DNA of 64,000 nucleotides from an uncultured Acidobacteriota bacterium (GTDB lineage Bacteria; Acidobacteriota; Thermoanaerobaculia; Multivoradales; UBA5704): NCBI GenBank assembly GCA_963795735.1, contig CAWCIU010000018.1, positions 1,484,684 to 1,548,683 of the forward strand, read 5' to 3'. Shown piece by piece: positions 60,164 to 64,000 of this stretch (position 1 is its first letter; each line of letters starts with the position of its first letter). The notes under the pieces were generated by a model. It saw only the letters and a program-made list of their open reading frames with translations, ran no database searches and was not told where the DNA came from. The position numbers and the translations under genes were made by a program.

Positions 60164-61465
60164 CTACTCGTACCGCAACGCTTCGATCGGATCGAGCGAC
60201 GCCGCCCGGGTGGCCGGGTAGATGCCGGAGGCGAGGCCGACCGCCATGGCGACGCCGGTCGAGAGGAGGATCGAGGCGGTGGTGACGATCGTCTGCCAGC
60301 CGGCGTAGGCGGCGACGCCGCGGGCGAGGGCGAGGCCGGCCACGATGCCGGCGAGGCCGCCGATCAGGCTGATGGCGAAGGACTCGACGATGAACTGGAA
60401 GCGGATGTCGCTGGCCCGCGCGCCCACCGCGCGGCGCACCCCGATCTCGCGCGTCCGCTCGAGCACGGTCGCCAGCATGATGTTCATGATGCCGATCCCC
60501 CCAACCAGCAGCGAGATGCCGGCGATCGCCCCCATCACCACGTTGAACAGCCGCTGCGTGCGCCGGCTCTCGGCGAGCAGCGCCTCCGGCACCACCAGCT
60601 CGTAGTCCCCGGTGCCGCCGTGCAGCCGGTCCAGCAGGTCGCGCATCAGCGCCGAGGTCTCGTCGCCGCTCACCCCATCCTTCAGGCGGACGACGATCTC
60701 GTCGAGCGGCGAGGCGAGGTCCGGATGCTCGAACTTGCGGTCGGCGGTCGATAGCGGCAGGTAGATCTCGCGCGCCGCCGGCCCTGCGGAGGCGGGCGCC
60801 GGCCCCGGCGCCGATCCACCGGAAGCGGACGATCCCCCCGCGCCGGCCGTTCCCGCCGTTCCCGCCGACGGGGCGGACGCCGCGTCGGAGGCGAGCACGC
60901 CGACCACCTCCAGCCAGACGTCGTTGACCTTGACGAGCTGGCCGAGGGCGGGGCCGTAGCCGAAGAGGTCGCGCCGCACTGCCGGGCCGATCACGCAGAC
61001 CTGGGCGTGATCGCTCTCGTCGAGCGGATCGAGGAAGCGCCCCTCGGCCACCACCAGGTGGGCGAGGACGGAGTGGCGCGGAGTAACGCCGTAGACCGCG
61101 TCCCCCTCGCTCTTGCCCGCCGGCGAGATCACCTTGTAGGGCTCGATGCGGATGCGCGGCGCCACCAGATCGACGCCGGGGATCGCCTCGGCGATGGCGG
61201 CGGCGTCGCGCTGGGAGACGCCGAGCGACTTCTGGCGGATCTCGCGCAGCTCGTCCTCCTTGAAGGTCTTGGCGCGGACGAGGACGTTGTGCAGCCCCAG
61301 CCGCTCGATGCTCGCCATCGCCTGGCGCTCGGCGCCGGCGCCGATCGACATCATGGCGATCACCGCGCCGACGCCGAAGATCATGCCGAGCATGGTCAGC
61401 GCCGAGCGCAGCTTGTGCGCCGCCAGGTTGTCGAGCGCGGAGCGGAAGGCTTCCTGGGGGGTCAT
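60164..61465 (-). CDS. MacB/FtsX-type ABC permease
   Basis: RSALTMLGMIFGVGAVI, GGIGIMNIML, ERTREIGVRRAVGA, LDPIEALRYE. Confidence 0.93.
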   Translation of the reverse strand: MTPQEAFRSALDNLAAHKLRSALTMLGMIFGVGAVIAMMSIGAGAERQAMASIERLGLHNVLVRAKTFKEDELREIRQKSLGVSQRDAAAIAEAIPGVDLVAPRIRIEPYKVISPAGKSEGDAVYGVTPRHSVLAHLVVAEGRFLDPLDESDHAQVCVIGPAVRRDLFGYGPALGQLVKVNDVWLEVVGVLASDAASAPSAGTAGTAGAGGSSASGGSAPGPAPASAGPAAREIYLPLSTADRKFEHPDLASPLDEIVVRLKDGVSGDETSALMRDLLDRLHGGTGDYELVVPEALLAESRRTQRLFNVVMGAIAGISLLVGGIGIMNIMLATVLERTREIGVRRAVGARASDIRFQFIVESFAISLIGGLAGIVAGLALARGVAAYAGWQTIVTTASILLSTGVAMAVGLASGIYPATRAASLDPIEALRYE

Positions 61466-61473
61466 CTGGTCGG

Positions 61474-62806
61474 TCAGCCGATGACAATCATCCGGTGTCC
61501 CCGCCGCGAGCGCCGGGAGGCGCCAGACGCGGAGTCGTCGGACGGCCGGGTCTCCGGCGGCGCGCCGGCCGGGCGCGTGGGATCGCGCAGGGCGAGCCGG
61601 TCGCCCGCGGCGATGCCGGACTCGACGACCACCCGGCCCAGGGTGGAGGCGCCGAGCTTCACCTCGACCGGCTCGAAGCCATGCCCGCCCTGGCGGTAGA
61701 CGACCGAGCGACCCTCGCGGTCGAAGACCGCCTGCCGGGGGATCAGCAGGGCGTTGCGGCTCTGGTCGAGGAGGAGCGTCGCCTGCACCCGCTGTCCCGG
61801 CTTCATCACCCGCGGATCGGTCTTGGCGAGCTCCAGGGTGACGCCGAAGTACTGCACCGGCGAGCCGGGGATGCGCGGCTTGGCCAGCGCGTCCACCCGT
61901 TGGATGCGCGCCGGGTAGGAGACCCCCGGGGCGGACTCGACGACCACCGTGGCCGGCTTGCCGGCCTTCAGGCCGCCGGCGTCCGCCTCCAGCACGTAGA
62001 CCTCGGCCTGCATGGCCGAGAGGTCGGGGATCTCGGCCAGCGGCTGGCCGTTCCAGACGCTGTCGCCCACCCGGGTGGTCTCGCCGCGCCAGTTGCGCTT
62101 GAGGATCAGCACGCCGTCGTGCGGCGCGGCGACGGAGAGGGCCTGGAGGGCGCGGCGGGCCTGTTGGATCTTGGCGTCGGCTTGGCGGACCTTGATCTGG
62201 AGCAGGGCCGTCTCGGTGCCGGTGAGCTTCTGGTGGGTACGCTCGGAGGCCTCCGCATGCTTCTGGTGCTCCTCGGCGAGCTGCTGGTCGATGTCCGACT
62301 CGATGATCTCGCTGCGCGAGAAGATCGTCTGGTCCTTCTTCTGGAACTGCCGCGCCCCCTCCAGCTCGGCCCGGGCGAGCGCCGCGTCCTGCTGCAGCTT
62401 GCGCACCTCGGAGAGCCCGGAGAGCCGCTCCTTCTCCATCTTGAGCTGGGCCTCGCGGAGGTCGTCCTCGGCGTCGACCAGCCGCTTCTCGATGGCGCTG
62501 GGATCGAAACGGATGACCGCGGCCCCCTTCCGGACCCGCGAGCCGTCCGGCGCCAGCCAGCCGATGCGGAACGGGCCGGGCACGTCGACCGGAACCGGAG
62601 ACCGGGGTGGCGCGCAACGCCTGGAGGTTGCCCTGCGCCGGCACGCTGCGGACGAGCTCCCGCGGCTCGACGCGCAGCGTCGGCACGTCGCCCGCCCCGT
62701 TCGTCCGGGTCAGCGGCAGGAACGCCCCGAGGGCGATCAGCGCGGCCGCCGCGACGGCGGCGAGTCCCAGGCGGCGGGAGGCTTTTCCCTTCGTTGGCCG
62801 CTTCAC
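61474..62806 (-). CDS. Periplasmic adaptor (MFP) subunit (frameshift ~62590)
   Basis: N-terminal TM, coiled-coil hairpin, APHDG, EADAG, MKPGQ. Confidence 0.85.
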
Positions 62807-64000
62807 CGGCCCTCCCCCGAGCCGGCCGAGAGGTCGCGGCGGGAGACCAGATCGCCGGCCCTGAGCCCGCTCCTCACCTCCACCAGCCGGTCGTTGCGCC
62901 GGCCGAGGACGGGGTGGACCTCCTCGCTCCCCCAGCCGCTCTTGCGGTAGACCACCGGGCCGCCCGGGCGGTTGAACACCACCTCGACCGGCGCCACCAG
63001 GGCCTTGGGGACGCGCTCGATCTCCACGGTGCCGAGGAAGCGCATGCCGGGGCGCATGCGCTGGGAATCGGTGCGGTCGAGGTCGAGCGCGAGCTTGACC
63101 ACCTTGAGCGGATTGACTTCCGACTTGCTCTGCACGGCGCCGCCGATCGTCCGCACGCGGCCGCTGAAGAGGTCGTCCGGATGGGCGTCGAGGCGGAAGG
63201 TCACCCGCTGGCCGACGGCCAGGCGGCCGGCGTCGGCCTCGTCCACCTCCCCCTCGGCCTCCATGCGGCGCAGGTCGGGGATCTCGAGCACCGACTGGCC
63301 GCGCCAGCAGGAGTCGCCCACTTTCTTCTTCTCGCCGTTGTCGTTGGCGATGTAGACCACCGTGCCGTCGCGCGGCGCCGTCACGGTCAGGCTGCGGATG
63401 GCCGCCTGCATCTCCTCGACTCGGGCGGCGGCGCGGTCGCGCTTGCGGGCCAGGGCGCCGGTCTCGGTGGCGCTCTCGGCGGCCTCGAGGCGGAGGCGGT
63501 CCTGGAGATAGGCGATCTCGCGGCGGGCGAGCGCCAGGTCCTCGCGCGACTTGGCGAGATCCTTGGAGGCCACCAGCTCGGCCGGCACGTCCACCTTGAG
63601 CGAGGCCTTGCGCAGGCGGCCTTGAGCCTCGGCGAGCTCGAGCTCGCGGTCGCGGCGGGTGATCTCGAGGTCGGTCTGCTTCTTCTCCAGCTCCTTCTGC
63701 GCCGAGTCGCGCTCGGCCATCTTGTCGAGGAGCTGGCGGTCGAGCTCGGAGGTGTCGAAGCCGAGCACCGGCTGGCCCGCCCGCACCGGGCTCCCCTCGG
63801 GCGCCAGGAAGGAGATCTTGTAGTCCCAGATCTCGGAGATCTGCGGCGGGCCGAGCCGCACCGCCTGCACCGAGGAGAGCGTGCCGGCGACCGGCACGCC
63901 GATCACCAGGTCGTCGCGCCGCGCCTCGGCCCAGTCGCCGGTGCCCGAGGCCGCGGCCCGCCCGGCCACCAGCCAGAGGCAGAACGCCACGGCGAGGAGC
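62803..64000 (-). CDS. Second periplasmic adaptor (MFP) subunit, 5' end outside the window
   Basis: APRDGTV, VDEADAG, MRPGM, GLRAGD. Confidence 0.85.
   Translation of the reverse strand, partial: LLAVAFCLWLVAGRAAASGTGDWAEARRDDLVIGVPVAGTLSSVQAVRLGPPQISEIWDYKISFLAPEGSPVRAGQPVLGFDTSELDRQLLDKMAERDSAQKELEKKQTDLEITRRDRELELAEAQGRLRKASLKVDVPAELVASKDLAKSREDLALARREIAYLQDRLRLEAAESATETGALARKRDRAAARVEEMQAAIRSLTVTAPRDGTVVYIANDNGEKKKVGDSCWRGQSVLEIPDLRRMEAEGEVDEADAGRLAVGQRVTFRLDAHPDDLFSGRVRTIGGAVQSKSEVNPLKVVKLALDLDRTDSQRMRPGMRFLGTVEIERVPKALVAPVEVVFNRPGGPVVYRKSGWGSEEVHPVLGRRNDRLVEVRSGLRAGDLVSRRDLSAGSGEGR

Noticed and set aside
59079-62806. Adaptor-permease (880 aa) and permease-MBL (802 aa) fusions in the ORF track
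   Set aside because: Artefacts of open upstream frames and a frameshift; each gene has its own plausible start

Overview
Very GC-rich bacterial window, tentatively Acidobacteriota-like (judged by gene content and recall, not a database search). Left to right: secreted phosphoesterase; ygiBC-like pair; cyanophycin locus (cphB-cphA with sigma54-type motifs) plus a convergent CphA paralogue that lacks the ATP-grasp domain; a sulfate uptake operon (CysA fused to two USP domains, porin, sbp, cysT, cysW) with its own two-component system, bracketed by two paralogous helical-repeat genes; housekeeping and envelope genes; a ~22 kb extracellular contractile injection system (eCIS) at 30587-52629; a divergent carbamoyltransferase plus SGNH-like pair separated by a 9x21-bp tandem repeat; an astacin protease; an MBL hydrolase; and part of a MacAB-like exporter. 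The eCIS carries a lower-GC cassette with a DUF4157-HExxH-OmpA effector candidate and a small SNase-like partner. About 11 genes have small frameshifts, probably long-read indel errors. Best candidates for undescribed biology: the G-domain-less cyanophycin ligase, the eCIS effector/partner pair, and the CysA-USP/Cys-PAS sulfate module. All domain calls come from motif reading by eye.
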